Assembly: GCA_963824385.1 (NCBI GenBank)
Contig: CAWGPD010000001.1
Span: 101,615-165,614 of the forward strand
Direction: 5' to 3'
Length of the DNA stretch: 64,000 nt
DNA from: an uncultured Nitrososphaerota archaeon
Lineage (GTDB): Archaea > Thermoproteota > Nitrososphaeria > Nitrososphaerales > Nitrosopumilaceae
The notes under the pieces are model-generated. The model saw only the letters and a list, made by a program, of their open reading frames with translations, made no database searches and was not told the DNA's origin. Below, piece after piece: positions 1 to 10,875 of this stretch; position 1 is the first letter of the stretch, and each line of letters starts with the position of its first letter. The position numbers and the translations under genes are program-made.

Positions 1-70
1 TATTTTTCAAGACATCAAAATAGGATTACTTCGGAAAAAGATAAAACGCCAATCAAGATTCATCTGAATA

Positions 71-1114
71 ATGAAGGCAGCATATGTTTCAGGACCAGCA
101 GATGTCCAGATAAAAAATGTAGAGAGACCACAAGTTGGCAAGGGAGAGATACTAGTTACCATGAAAGCATGTGGCGTATGCGGTTCTGACTTGGAAAAGA
201 TTTATGGAAAATACAGTCAGCCTTCCATGAGATTAGGCCATGAGCCTTCTGGAATAGTTTCTGCAGTAGGTGAAGGTACAATCGATTTTAAAAAAGGAGA
301 TAGAGTATTTACGCATCACCACGTACCATGTTATTCTTGTCACTTTTGTACACATGGAAATGAGACAATGTGTCAGAAATATTCAGAGACAAATCTTTCA
401 CCGTGTGGACTAGCGGAGGAGTTTATTGTTCCCGAGTGGAATGTATCACATGGCGGGGTTATAAAATTACCAGATCATGTAAGTTTTGAAGAAGCATCTA
501 TGATAGAACCATTAGCATGTTGTGTACGAGCATGGAATAAAATAAAATTCAAAAAAGGAGACTCGATTGCAATTCTCGGAGCAGGGCCAACAGGCCTTAT
601 GCACCTCATGTTAAGCAAGGTGTATGGAATTGAAGAGGTATTTTGTTTTGACCTCAATGATTTTAGATTAGATTTTACAAAAAAGTTTGGCATAACAGAA
701 GCAATAAGATCAGATGATAAAGACGCATATCAAAAAATTCTTTCAAAGACTAGTAATCGTGGAGTAGACATAGTGATGGTTGCAACTGGAAGTCTTGATG
801 CCATATCTCAAGCAATTGATTTTGTAAGAAAAGGCGGTACTGTCATGTTATTTGGAGTTCCTTCAAAAGATGCAAAGATGTCACTTGATATGAGTAAAGT
901 ATATTCTAAAGAAATTACAATCACACCAAGTTACGCATCTTCTGAAAGGGATACAAATGAAGCATTCAAGCTAATTGAACAAGGAATAGTGGATGTAAAA
1001 AAATTGATCACCCACAAGTTTGATCTTACTGAATCTGCAAAAGCTTTGGATTATGCTCATCAAGGAAATGATTCCATGAAAATAATAATTACAAATTCAG
1101 AAACGCTTAACTAA
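71..1114 (+). CDS. Zn-dependent medium-chain (sorbitol/threonine-type) dehydrogenase
   Basis: CGSD...GHE catalytic Zn motif, CxxCxxC...C structural Zn, GAGPTG Rossmann motif. Confidence 0.9.
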   Translation: MKAAYVSGPADVQIKNVERPQVGKGEILVTMKACGVCGSDLEKIYGKYSQPSMRLGHEPSGIVSAVGEGTIDFKKGDRVFTHHHVPCYSCHFCTHGNETMCQKYSETNLSPCGLAEEFIVPEWNVSHGGVIKLPDHVSFEEASMIEPLACCVRAWNKIKFKKGDSIAILGAGPTGLMHLMLSKVYGIEEVFCFDLNDFRLDFTKKFGITEAIRSDDKDAYQKILSKTSNRGVDIVMVATGSLDAISQAIDFVRKGGTVMLFGVPSKDAKMSLDMSKVYSKEITITPSYASSERDTNEAFKLIEQGIVDVKKLITHKFDLTESAKALDYAHQGNDSMKIIITNSETLN

Positions 1115-1136
1115 GGCAAATTTTTTTGATGAAGAT

Positions 1137-1974
1137 ATGGATTGGGGACTCAAAAACAGGCTTGCAAAAATAATCAAACCGCAAAACAGGCGCGGTGTCA
1201 TGCTTGCAGTAGACCATGGATATTTCCTTGGACCTACAGAGAGATTAGAAGTGCCCAGAAAAACCATAGCCCCATTGTTACCTTTTGCTGATTCTCTCAT
1301 GCTTACAAGAGGTGTTCTAAGAACATCGGTTGACGCAAATTTTCCAGTACCAGTTGTGCTCAGAGTATCAGGAGGAGCAAGCATCATTGGAAAAGATCTT
1401 TCAAATGAAACAATAACCACATCGGTAAAAGAGGCAATTAGGCTAAATGTATCAGCCCTTGCAATGTCAATATTTATCGGAGCACCTCATGAACATGAAT
1501 CACTTGTCAGCCTAGGCAATCTTGTAAATGAAGGTGAAGAATATGGAATACCAGTACTAGCAGTTACCGCAGTAGGTAAAGAATTAGAAAAACGTGATGC
1601 AAGATATTTAGGATTAGCATGTAGAATGGCTGCAGAATTTGGCGCACACCTAGTCAAGACATATTATTGTGAGAACTTTGAAAAAGTAGTAACAGCATGT
1701 CCAGTGCCAGTCATAATTGCCGGAGGTCCAAAACTTGCAACAGAACTTGACGTATTTAATTTAACATATGATGCATTACAAGCAGGTGCATCTGGAGTTG
1801 ACATGGGACGAAACATTTGGCAAAACGATCATCCAGTTGCCATGATAAAGGCAGTAAGAGTCTATAGTACACCAAAAAGTCACAGTCAAGGAAGCCAATG
1901 AAATTTTTAAAAAAATAAAGGGAGAGTTGCCTCAAAAAAGTAAACCGGCACCAAAAAGTAAATCAAAAAAATAA
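1137..1974 (+). CDS. lsrF: DhnA/LsrF-type class I aldolase/thiolase (apparent +1 frameshift near 1861)
   Basis: MLAVDHGYFLGP, VKTYY, IAGGPK, GVDMGRNIWQ motifs; after AGTCT at 1859-1863 the sequence continues IVHQKVTVKEA... to TAA at 1974. Confidence 0.8.
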
Positions 1975-1978
1975 ATTC

Positions 1979-2383
1979 TTAATCTGAAATTTTTGTCAAA
2001 TGTATGTGGACTATCTTCCACTTTGTATTTTTTATAAAAACAAAGGTTGCTCTGCTTTCCATTGCAAGGTGTTGTCCTCTAAAGCTATAATTATCTACAA
2101 TCATTCCAGATTGTTTTACAGTAAAGGTTGCAACCGCAAAAGTCTCAAACAGATCCACTCGAGTATTTTTTAATTCAAAATCATAATCAGAGATGCTTAC
2201 AAATCGTAATTGTTCTAATGCAGTTGTAGTTGCAAAGTCTTTTAGATCAAATGGGGGAACATCACTGTATGAAGAAAATCTCGGATCATCAAGTTGGATG
2301 ACACTTAACGGTGCAACGTTCTTGGTCCTTCCGGCAGTAAAAAATGTCACAATTACATCAAGAATTTCTTCTTTATCGCTCAA
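1979..2383 (-). CDS. NTF2/SnoaL-like protein
   Basis: C-terminal RATFVFIK..KWKIVHIH pattern typical of SnoaL/DUF4440. Confidence 0.7.
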   Translation of the reverse strand: MSDKEEILDVIVTFFTAGRTKNVAPLSVIQLDDPRFSSYSDVPPFDLKDFATTTALEQLRFVSISDYDFELKNTRVDLFETFAVATFTVKQSGMIVDNYSFRGQHLAMESRATFVFIKNTKWKIVHIHLTKISD

Positions 2384-2500
2384 AATCGGTATTGCTTAAG
2401 ACAAATCTACTTTAAGTCTTATGACATGCTAAACGCAGGTTAAATTTGTGCCTAGCAATATCCAATACATGGTGGATTTAGGACAATCTCTATTACAAAT

Positions 2501-2767
2501 TTATGAACGCTTAATGGCCCGTTTGACTGATTCCCTATTTTTTAGAAGATAAAATGTAGAACTACTGGATTTGAAGTTCACTTTTACTATGCTGCTTGTT
2601 ACTAACCTGACAAGTTTTGCTGGATGAGTCTCTACATCAAACCATTGCCAACCCTGGTATTGCTTGTTGGACAGATTCTCTTCCTCTTTTTGTACGGCTA
2701 GTTGAAGTGTCTTGAGATATTCGGGCTTCTGAGTGAGTAATTGTACCGTGTTGTTAAAATCTTGCAT
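2501..2767 (-). CDS. small hypothetical protein, possibly a winged-helix regulator, divergent from the Ehr operon
   Basis: ATG at 2767; 88 aa, helix followed by a beta-wing-like C-terminus (VKVNFKSSSSTFYLL). Confidence 0.5.
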   Translation of the reverse strand: MQDFNNTVQLLTQKPEYLKTLQLAVQKEEENLSNKQYQGWQWFDVETHPAKLVRLVTSSIVKVNFKSSSSTFYLLKNRESVKRAIKRS

Positions 2768-2905
2768 TAATACACATACATATACATACACATATACCTT
2801 TTTCTCATAAACAATTAAATGCATATTGCATGAATTTAGCCTCAAAGATCCATTCTATGAAAAATAATTTCAACAACATTATGGGATCAACACTGGCTGA
2901 CAATA

Positions 2906-4942
2906 ATGATTAGTAGTCTTGTTTTATTTCAAATTCTAATTGTGCTATTCATAGTAGGAGCACTATCTGGGTTATTATCACGAAATAGCAGACTTACACG
3001 ACATCTGACATTTGTCCCTGCCATGATTGGTTCGATTTTTACCATCATATTTTCAATCGAGATCATAACTGGCGCACCACTAAAGTTGGCCGTATCAAAC
3101 ATACTTCCTTTCTTCAATCTTGAGATCTTGGTGGATGGAGTATCTGCATTTTTCATGTTAATAATTGGATTAGCATCATTTGCGGTTTCATTATACTCTA
3201 TCGGATATTCAAAGGAGTATGAAACTAAAAAAAGAATATCTGCTTTTGGATTTCTATTTAATATTTTTATTTTATCAATGATTCTCGTCGTGTCATCAAA
3301 CAACGCATTTTTCTTTTTGATATTCTGGGAATTAATGTCGCTTGTTTCATTTTTCTTGGTAATCTATGATCACGACAAGGAAGAAAATCTAAAATCAGGA
3401 ATTACATATCTTGTCATGACACATTTTGGAACTGCTCTTATTTTTGTATCATTTCTACTTGGATATATTCAGACAGGCAGTTTTAGTTTTGATTCACTGC
3501 GTGAATCTTCTGCTTCATTTCCGTTATTAGTAAAAAATCTCGTATTTGCTTTTGCGTTTGTTGGATTTGGAGTAAAAGCAGGAATTGTTCCATTACATAC
3601 TTGGCTGCCCCATGCACATCCATCTGCTCCAAGCAATGTTTCTGCATTAATGTCTGCAGTTATGATAAAAATGGGAATCTATGGTATAGTTAGAACAGTT
3701 TTTGATTTTTCCGGCTTTGGTGCCTCCCCAGACTTTGCATGGTGGGGCGTACTCATGATTGCCGTAGGTTCCATATCTGCAGTAACCGGTGTGCTATATG
3801 CCGTAATTGAGCGGGACATAAAGCGAGCCCTTGCTTATTCCAGCATAGAAAACATAGGAATAATCCTAATCGGATTGGGGCTCTCTGTAGTCTTTTCCGC
3901 ATATCACCTCATAGCACTCTCAGTCTTGGCATTTATTGCAAGCATGTATCACACCATAAACCATGCAGTCTTCAAGGGATTGCTTTTCATGGGCGCGGGC
4001 TCTGTCGTATACGCCACCCATACTAGAAACATCGAAGATCTTGGTGGAATAATCAAGCAAATGCCATGGACTTCGTTGTTATTTCTAATTGGAGCTGTCT
4101 CAATTGTTGGATTGCCACCATTCAATGGTTTTGTAAGCGAATGGTTAACACTGCAATCTTTTCTTTCAAGTTATCAGATACCATCTACAATACTGCAAAT
4201 ATCAATCGCATTTGCAAGCTTGCCCTTTGCACTCACAATAGGGATTGCATCTGCAACATTTGTCAGATTGTTTGGAATAACATTTCTTTCAAGAGCACGA
4301 AGTAAACATGCTCTTAACATCAAAGAAGTTCCACGCAGTATGATTGTAGGAATGGCAGTGTTGGCAGCTGTTTGTATCTTACTTGGAATACTTGCATCCT
4401 TAGGAATTTCGTTGGTAAGTTCTGCATTCCATTTACCATCACAACCTTCCAGTCCATTGGACAGTATAACATTACACAACAATGTAAATCCAGTACATCT
4501 CTCCATGCCATTTATTCTGATTTTGTTTTCAGCTATTACAGTGGGCGCTTTTGGTTTTATTCGAACAATTGGTGGAAAAACCAGCAAGACAATCTATGGA
4601 ACATGGGATTGCGGATTTGGAAATCTAAATGAAAAAATGGAATACACTGCAACATCATTGTCTCAACCAATACGTGCAGTCTTCAAAGTTTTTTTCAAGC
4701 CACACAATATAACCAGTAAGGAATTTTTTGTATCGACAAATCAATACTTGATAAAATCCATCAAATTCAGTTCCATAACAAAAAATATCTTCGAAGAAAG
4801 CCTATACCAACCAATAATATCTTCAACCCTTAGAGTCTTGGACAAGATTCGGAAAATCCAGACAGGAAAGATAAACGCATACTTGCTATACATAATGATA
4901 ACCGCAGTCTTACTTCTCTTGTTTGTGAGGTTGAGCCATTGA
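2906..4942 (+). CDS. hyfB: hydrogenase-4/Ehr antiporter-like membrane subunit B
   Basis: polytopic; FWELMSL, GFGVKAGIVPLHTWLPHAH, AYSSIENIG, GLPPFNGFVSEW, TWDCG. Confidence 0.9.
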   Translation: MISSLVLFQILIVLFIVGALSGLLSRNSRLTRHLTFVPAMIGSIFTIIFSIEIITGAPLKLAVSNILPFFNLEILVDGVSAFFMLIIGLASFAVSLYSIGYSKEYETKKRISAFGFLFNIFILSMILVVSSNNAFFFLIFWELMSLVSFFLVIYDHDKEENLKSGITYLVMTHFGTALIFVSFLLGYIQTGSFSFDSLRESSASFPLLVKNLVFAFAFVGFGVKAGIVPLHTWLPHAHPSAPSNVSALMSAVMIKMGIYGIVRTVFDFSGFGASPDFAWWGVLMIAVGSISAVTGVLYAVIERDIKRALAYSSIENIGIILIGLGLSVVFSAYHLIALSVLAFIASMYHTINHAVFKGLLFMGAGSVVYATHTRNIEDLGGIIKQMPWTSLLFLIGAVSIVGLPPFNGFVSEWLTLQSFLSSYQIPSTILQISIAFASLPFALTIGIASATFVRLFGITFLSRARSKHALNIKEVPRSMIVGMAVLAAVCILLGILASLGISLVSSAFHLPSQPSSPLDSITLHNNVNPVHLSMPFILILFSAITVGAFGFIRTIGGKTSKTIYGTWDCGFGNLNEKMEYTATSLSQPIRAVFKVFFKPHNITSKEFFVSTNQYLIKSIKFSSITKNIFEESLYQPIISSTLRVLDKIRKIQTGKINAYLLYIMITAVLLLLFVRLSH

Positions 4943-5883
4943 TGCCTAACCTTGCAGATATTGTAATTGGCATAGTCCAGACTCTTTTCATCATAGCATT
5001 TGCGCCTTTGATGGTTGGAATAATGAACAAAACCAAGGCAAGAACCCAGAAAAGAATCGGCTCAAGTGTATTTCAGCCTTATTATGACATCATAAAACTT
5101 GTCCACAAAGATGAGGTAGTAACAGACCAGAGTTCGTGGATTTTCAGATCATCACCGTGGATTAACTTTGTAGCTATAGGTACTGCCGCATTTTTTATTC
5201 CCATATTTATTTCATATTCACCATTTGGATTGGTAGGTGACATACTGCTAGTCATTGGCCTGTTTGCTCTTGCCAGATTTTTTACAATGTTGGCAGGCCT
5301 TGATGTATCTAGTTCCTTTGGTGGATTTGGAGTAAGCAGAGACATGATGATGTCTATGCTTTTGGAACCTGCATTGTTTCTTACAATATTTGTTACATCT
5401 CTCACATATGGAGGATCAAACATCAGTGGAATAGTAACCGCATCTGCTAATTCCTCATTGGTTTTGCATCCACAACTAATCTTTGCGCTGATTGCAATGT
5501 TTGTTATAACATTAGGTGAAACGGGTAGATTGCCATTTGGTAATTCTTCAACACACCTTGAACTTACCATGATTCATGAGGCAATGATTCTAGAATATTC
5601 AGGCAAGAGCCTAGCACTGGCAGAATGGTCATCAGCAATAAAGCAACTCATACTGTTATCATTAATTATCAACATCTTTGTTCCATTTGGAATATCTACA
5701 ACAGTATCAGCGCCATTACTAACAACAGGACTGTTATTGTTTGTCGTAAAAGTTTCATTACTTGCTACATCTATTGCATTTCTAGAATCAAGAGTTGCAA
5801 GGTGGCGTCTTTTTAGATTACCAGATTTGATTGCAATGGCAATTGCAAGTTCCATGATTGGAGTGGTCTTTTTCTATCTCTAG
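4939..5883 (+). CDS. hyfC: hydrogenase-4/Ehr subunit C (NuoH-like)
   Basis: QPYYDIIKL, ETGRLPF, THLELTMIHEAMILEYSG. Confidence 0.9.
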   Translation: MMPNLADIVIGIVQTLFIIAFAPLMVGIMNKTKARTQKRIGSSVFQPYYDIIKLVHKDEVVTDQSSWIFRSSPWINFVAIGTAAFFIPIFISYSPFGLVGDILLVIGLFALARFFTMLAGLDVSSSFGGFGVSRDMMMSMLLEPALFLTIFVTSLTYGGSNISGIVTASANSSLVLHPQLIFALIAMFVITLGETGRLPFGNSSTHLELTMIHEAMILEYSGKSLALAEWSSAIKQLILLSLIINIFVPFGISTTVSAPLLTTGLLLFVVKVSLLATSIAFLESRVARWRLFRLPDLIAMAIASSMIGVVFFYL

Positions 5884-6552
5884 TTGATGATTATGGACAC
5901 AAATCAAATCATGATGTTTTCTGGTGCAATTCTTCTCATTGCTACCTTTGGTATTGTCACAAGGCGTGGATTTGCAGACTGGCTTGGCGCATATCGATAT
6001 CAATCAATTGTTCTTGCAGCAATCACTGCACTAATTGCATATGTTACAGGAATTTGGGAGATCTATGTTGCTGCAGGTCTTACCTTTGTAATAAAATCAA
6101 TAATAATTCCCAAAGTCTTGCTGTACGTAACAAGAAATCTTGAGATAGAATTCAAGGTAGAGACAAATCCATACGTAAGTCTTAGGGCGTCAGTAATAAT
6201 TTCCGCGTTTCTTGTTGCATTGTCATATTTTCTAACACAGCAAATACCGTTCAAGTCAGATCCGATAGTAAGCACTTACTTGCCAATATCTATCGCATTA
6301 TTTCTCATAGGTCTTTTTGTTATCGTAAACAGGAGATCTGCACTCAATCAGGTAGTAGGCCTTTTGATTATAGAAAACGGACTCTTTCTTTTCACCCTGA
6401 CATTGACACATGGCGTATCACTCATCATCGAGATGGGCATTTTTGCAGACATATTGGTTGGAATCATAATTTCATCCATACTGCTGCTCAGGATTAGTCG
6501 CACCTTTGATAGCCTAGATGTTGGAAAACTGCAAAACTTGAGGGATGATTAG
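5884..6552 (+). CDS. hyfE: hydrogenase-4/Ehr subunit E
   Basis: membrane protein with QVVGLLIIENG; operon position. Confidence 0.85.
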   Translation: MMIMDTNQIMMFSGAILLIATFGIVTRRGFADWLGAYRYQSIVLAAITALIAYVTGIWEIYVAAGLTFVIKSIIIPKVLLYVTRNLEIEFKVETNPYVSLRASVIISAFLVALSYFLTQQIPFKSDPIVSTYLPISIALFLIGLFVIVNRRSALNQVVGLLIIENGLFLFTLTLTHGVSLIIEMGIFADILVGIIISSILLLRISRTFDSLDVGKLQNLRDD

Positions 6553-8058
6553 ATGGAGTTGACAGATATTTTCAGCGGATCAAACGGTACTATACTTGCA
6601 CTACTCTTCACTCCAGTCATCGGAGCAATTCTTGTTACTGTAACAAGACAAAAAAGAATATCGGAGATTGTAACAGTGGCTTCCGCATTTTTGATTCTGA
6701 TACAGGTATTTTTTATTGTATCAAGAATCATTAGCGAAAAAACAATCACGGCATTTGGCAATACATTTTACATCGATTCATTTGGAGCAATAATACTTTT
6801 ACCAATATCTATTGTCGGTCTAGTTTCTGCGATGTATTCTGTAAATTACATGGGAAGACAGTATGACAATGGGATGATAGACATGAAACATGTTACAAGA
6901 TACTATCAAGGCCTCAATGTTTTTCTGCTGACCATGCTTATTGTTCCAATTTCAAACAACATGGGAATAATGTGGGTCACAGTTGAAGCTACCACACTTG
7001 TCTCTGTTCTTTTGATAATGCTGTATTTCAAACAAAATGCCATTGAGTCTGCATGGAAGTATCTGATAATTGCAACAGTCGGATTATCTTTTGCCTTGAT
7101 AGGTACAACATTTTTTTATTACGCAAATATCAATGTGGAAAATTCAGCAGATGCAATGAACTGGACTTCGATGATGCATAATTCAAAACTCTTTGATCCT
7201 AATTTGGTTAAGATTGCATTTGTTTTCATACTGATTGGTTTTGGGACAAAGGCAGGTCTTGCCCCAATGCACACGTGGCTCCCAGACGCACATAGTGAGG
7301 CGCCTACACCAGTTAGTGCATTATTGTCAGGAGTTCTCCTCAATTGTGCTTTTTACTGCATAGTACGTTTTCATATAATCAGCAGCAGTACCATAGGCCC
7401 TGCATTTTCAAGCCAACTTTTGATAATACTTGCCGTAATATCTGTAGGAATAGCAGCTGCATCCATCTACTTCCAAAAAGACATGAAGCGAATGCTTGCC
7501 TTTTCCAGTGTAGAACACATGGGTGTAATATCCCTAGGAATTGGTTTTGGGGGCTTACTTGGCGTCTATGGCGCTCTGCTTCAGATAATCAATCACGCAA
7601 TAGTAAAGCCAATGATGTTTTTTGCAAGTGGAACAATCACCCAGAAATACGAGACAAAAGCAATTTCAAAAATAACTGGAGTGATCAAGGTGATGCCAGC
7701 TACAGGTGTTTTGTTTTTGATTGGAGGGCTTGCCTTGGTAGGAATGCCACCATTCAATATTTTCTTGAGTGAGTTTTTGATACTCGGTGCTGGTCTAAAG
7801 TCAGGACAATTTCTTGCCACATCACTTGTAATAATTTTCCTTGTCATCACATTTGCAGTATTTCTCAGACATGTAATCAGGATGGTTTTTGGAAATCCAT
7901 CTCCCGAAATAAAAAATGGTTCAATGGGAAGACTTGCAATAATTCCAGTTGTAATTCTTGGCTCACTTGTATTCATACTTGGAGTATACATTCCACAACA
8001 GTTACAAACACTTGTACACAATGCATCAGCCATAATTAATCTAGGAGGAGTCACATGA
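6553..8058 (+). CDS. hyfF: hydrogenase-4/Ehr subunit F
   Basis: WVTVEATTL, ESAWKY, GFGTKAGLAPMHTWLPDAHSEAP, AFSSVEHMG. Confidence 0.9.
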   Translation: MELTDIFSGSNGTILALLFTPVIGAILVTVTRQKRISEIVTVASAFLILIQVFFIVSRIISEKTITAFGNTFYIDSFGAIILLPISIVGLVSAMYSVNYMGRQYDNGMIDMKHVTRYYQGLNVFLLTMLIVPISNNMGIMWVTVEATTLVSVLLIMLYFKQNAIESAWKYLIIATVGLSFALIGTTFFYYANINVENSADAMNWTSMMHNSKLFDPNLVKIAFVFILIGFGTKAGLAPMHTWLPDAHSEAPTPVSALLSGVLLNCAFYCIVRFHIISSSTIGPAFSSQLLIILAVISVGIAAASIYFQKDMKRMLAFSSVEHMGVISLGIGFGGLLGVYGALLQIINHAIVKPMMFFASGTITQKYETKAISKITGVIKVMPATGVLFLIGGLALVGMPPFNIFLSEFLILGAGLKSGQFLATSLVIIFLVITFAVFLRHVIRMVFGNPSPEIKNGSMGRLAIIPVVILGSLVFILGVYIPQQLQTLVHNASAIINLGGVT

Positions 8059-9680
8059 ATAAAATTTTGTTAGAAAAATATAAAAAAGACATTCTAGGAA
8101 AATTTGAAAATAAGATAGACAAGACATTAGAAAACCATAATGAATTGCATCTCTTCTTGAGAAATGATCAAGACATACCTGAAATTTGTAATTATATCTA
8201 CATTGAATTGGGCACACGTCTTGCCACAATGATATGTACCGATGAAAGAAAATTAGGAAATGGTTTTGTAATTCGTCATGTCTTTGGAAAAGATAACGGC
8301 GAAGATGTGTTTATTTTTGTCACTTCAAAGATAGATGAATCCATTTTATCATATCCAAGTATTACCACAACAATTCCTGCTGCAACTCTTCATGAACGTG
8401 AGATACATGACATGTTTGGAATCATTCCAATCAATAATCCTGATGCCAGACCCCTTGTTTTACATGATCACTGGGACAGAACCATATTTCCTCTGAGAAA
8501 GGACTTTGGCCTAAACACGAATATCCCAAGACAAAAAGAGGAATACCCATTTCTCAAGGTACACGGAGAAGGAATCTGCGAAATACCTGTAGGGCCTGTT
8601 CATGCTGGAATCATAGAGCCGGGTCATTTTCGATTTAGTGTAATGGGTGAGAACATAATCAATCTGGAAACACGCCTATTTTACACCCACAAGGGAATCG
8701 AAAAACTTGCCGAGTCTATGAAAATAGACGATGTTCTGCTTTTAACTGAGCGCATAGCAGGTGATGAATCAGTTGCAAATTCTACTGCCTTTTGTCAATC
8801 AATAGAAAAAATTGCCAACGTTACAATCCCAAGGAGAGCACAGCAGATAAGAACAATCTTTGGAGAATTGGAAAGACTTTACAATCACATGGGTTCACTG
8901 GCAGGAATTTCAGCAGATGTTGGTTTTCCATTTGGTTCAGCAAGACTCAACATACTCAAAGAGAGATTGATGAAACTAAATGAATTACTTAGTGGAAGTA
9001 GAATTCTTTTCGGTGTAAACAGAATTGGAGGAGTAAGATGCGATATTACAGATGAAAGTAAACAAACAATTACAGAATCCACAGAATCCATTTTATCTGA
9101 CTTTGAAAATGTTGTAACACTTCTCAAATCAAAATCATCTTTTATTGACAGACTAAAAGATACTGGAATGATATCAAAACAATTTGCACATGATCTTGGA
9201 CTGGTCGGAGTTGCTGCAAGATGTATCGGAATAGATGTAGATACAAGACGCGATCACCCCTACTCTGCATATTTACTGCATAGAAAAGAAACCCCGCAAG
9301 AAGTAATGCAACGAGAGATATCAATGCAAAAAAGAAATGGGGATGTTTTGACAAGATTTGAAGTCAGAGTGCAAGAGGTACGAGAATCAGTTGATATCAT
9401 AGGAGCATCTCTTGATTTAGAAAATGATAATTTGTATGTCAATATACAGCAAAATCTAGAACCATTCAGATCCGCTCTTGGGTATGTAGAATCACACAGG
9501 GGACAAACAGTTCACTGGGTTATGACAGGTGAGAAGAATTCCATATTCAGATACAAGATAAGAACGGCCTCATTTTTCAACTGGCCAATAATTGAGCAGG
9601 CTGTGTTAAACGATATTGTTCCTGATTTTCCTCTAGTCAACAAAAGTCTAGACTTGTCATATTCGGGGAATGACCTATGA
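8055..9680 (+). CDS. Ehr large subunit (HyfG/HycE-like NuoCD fusion lacking Ni-binding cysteines)
   Basis: GPVHAGIIEPGHFRF and HKGIEK present; L1 motif reads ERIAGDES and L2 reads SLDLSYSGNDL, with no CxxC. Confidence 0.9.
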   Translation: MNKILLEKYKKDILGKFENKIDKTLENHNELHLFLRNDQDIPEICNYIYIELGTRLATMICTDERKLGNGFVIRHVFGKDNGEDVFIFVTSKIDESILSYPSITTTIPAATLHEREIHDMFGIIPINNPDARPLVLHDHWDRTIFPLRKDFGLNTNIPRQKEEYPFLKVHGEGICEIPVGPVHAGIIEPGHFRFSVMGENIINLETRLFYTHKGIEKLAESMKIDDVLLLTERIAGDESVANSTAFCQSIEKIANVTIPRRAQQIRTIFGELERLYNHMGSLAGISADVGFPFGSARLNILKERLMKLNELLSGSRILFGVNRIGGVRCDITDESKQTITESTESILSDFENVVTLLKSKSSFIDRLKDTGMISKQFAHDLGLVGVAARCIGIDVDTRRDHPYSAYLLHRKETPQEVMQREISMQKRNGDVLTRFEVRVQEVRESVDIIGASLDLENDNLYVNIQQNLEPFRSALGYVESHRGQTVHWVMTGEKNSIFRYKIRTASFFNWPIIEQAVLNDIVPDFPLVNKSLDLSYSGNDL

Positions 9681-10481
9681 AGAAAAAATCAGATAAGGAA
9701 ATACTTGGAAATGGCATTGAAACAGTTAGGCATATTGACGAACAGTTCATTTCATCAAATTATAGGGGTAGTATTTCATTTAATGCCGAGTCTTTCAAAG
9801 GAAATGAAGAATCCATTTTAGATTCATGCCCCACAAGAGCATTATCTGCCACCAAGGATAATCAACATGCAATAATCGCAGTAGACCATGGCAAGTGTAT
9901 AATGTGTGGACATTGTAATCAGGTAGCACCAGAATTTATTACGATTAAAAATAAACCTGCGGCACCTACTAAAATCAAAAAACAGTTATCAGAATATTCT
10001 AATTCTCAGGTTCAATCTGAAAAATCATTTGAGGAGATTGGAAAGGAACTCAGAGAAAAAATAAAAAAAATGTTTGGACGTTCACTGGCCATACGTGAAA
10101 TTGATGCAGGCTCATGCAATGGCTGTGAAATAGAAATCACTGCTCTGAATAATCCAACATATGACATTGAAAGATTTGGAATTCATTTTGTTGCATCACC
10201 AAGACATGCAGATGTCTTGCTTGTTACAGGGCCAGCTTCAAAAAATATGGAACTTGCTCTACGCAGAACATATGAAGCAACACCTAGCCCCAAAATCGTA
10301 ATTGCAGTTGGTGCATGTGGATGTAGTGGAGGAATATTCGGCGATACATATGCAACAACAGGGGGCATTGACAAGATAATTCCTGTCGATGTGTACATTC
10401 CCGGATGTCCTCCAAGACCAGAAGTGTTGATTCAAGGATTGTTGTTAGTCTGTTGATAGGATGACTGTAAATGGGGAGTAA
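9677..10481 (+). CDS. Ehr small subunit (ferredoxin + NuoB/HyfI fusion; probable frameshift near 10449)
   Basis: CPTRA/CIMCGHC, SCNGCE, SPRHAD, GACG, PGCPPRPE; alternative frame ends VDRMTVNGE at 10481. Confidence 0.85.
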
Positions 10482-10754
10482 GGAGATTTACTGTTCAACA
10501 TGTAAGAAAAATCTAGGCAAGTATAATGAGAAATATTTTTCTGATGAAAAATTAAATTCAATTATTGCTACCAATCATACTCAGTGCATACGCGAAGGTC
10601 ATAATGTGGTAATTTTAAGACCATAGGGAGTACAAGGTAGTTTTAATGAAAGCGAACAACTGTGATGACCCTTTAAAGTGGGTTTTCCACCAGAATTCCA
10701 CAAATCATGCCTAAGCGTGCCTATTTGATCAATAAGATATTAAGACTTTTAGAC

Positions 10755-10770
10755 AAAATGCTTATTAATA
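10755..10770 (+). promoter_or_regulatory. putative BRE/TATA box of the ilv leader transcript
   Basis: AAAATGCTTATTAATA about 30 nt upstream of the uORF ATG at 10799. Confidence 0.45.
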
Positions 10771-10798
10771 ATTTTAGAGGGAAAATCATTAGATAAGT

Positions 10799-10861
10799 AT
10801 GAAAAAAGTAGATTCGACAAGCATTTCAAGTATTTTGTTGCTAGTCGAGGTTATGCTGTAA
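10799..10861 (+). CDS. putative ilv leader peptide MKKVDSTSISSILLLVEVML
   Basis: 20-codon uORF, 9 of 20 residues Ile/Leu/Val, ending 29 nt before ilvB; overlaps two hairpins. Confidence 0.65.
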   Translation: MKKVDSTSISSILLLVEVML

Positions 10862-10875
10862 AATACAGCAATTTT
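10854..10875 (+). terminator. hairpin plus short U run over the leader stop codon (attenuator-like)
   Basis: TGCTGTA-AAA-TACAGCA followed by ATTTT. Confidence 0.5.

Noticed and set aside
8055-9680. Functional [NiFe] hydrogenase large subunit
   Set aside because: Both CxxC Ni-binding motifs are absent.
10482-10750. Possible ncRNA or tRNA in the Ehr-ilv intergenic region
   Set aside because: No cloverleaf, T-loop or convincing stable stem seen.
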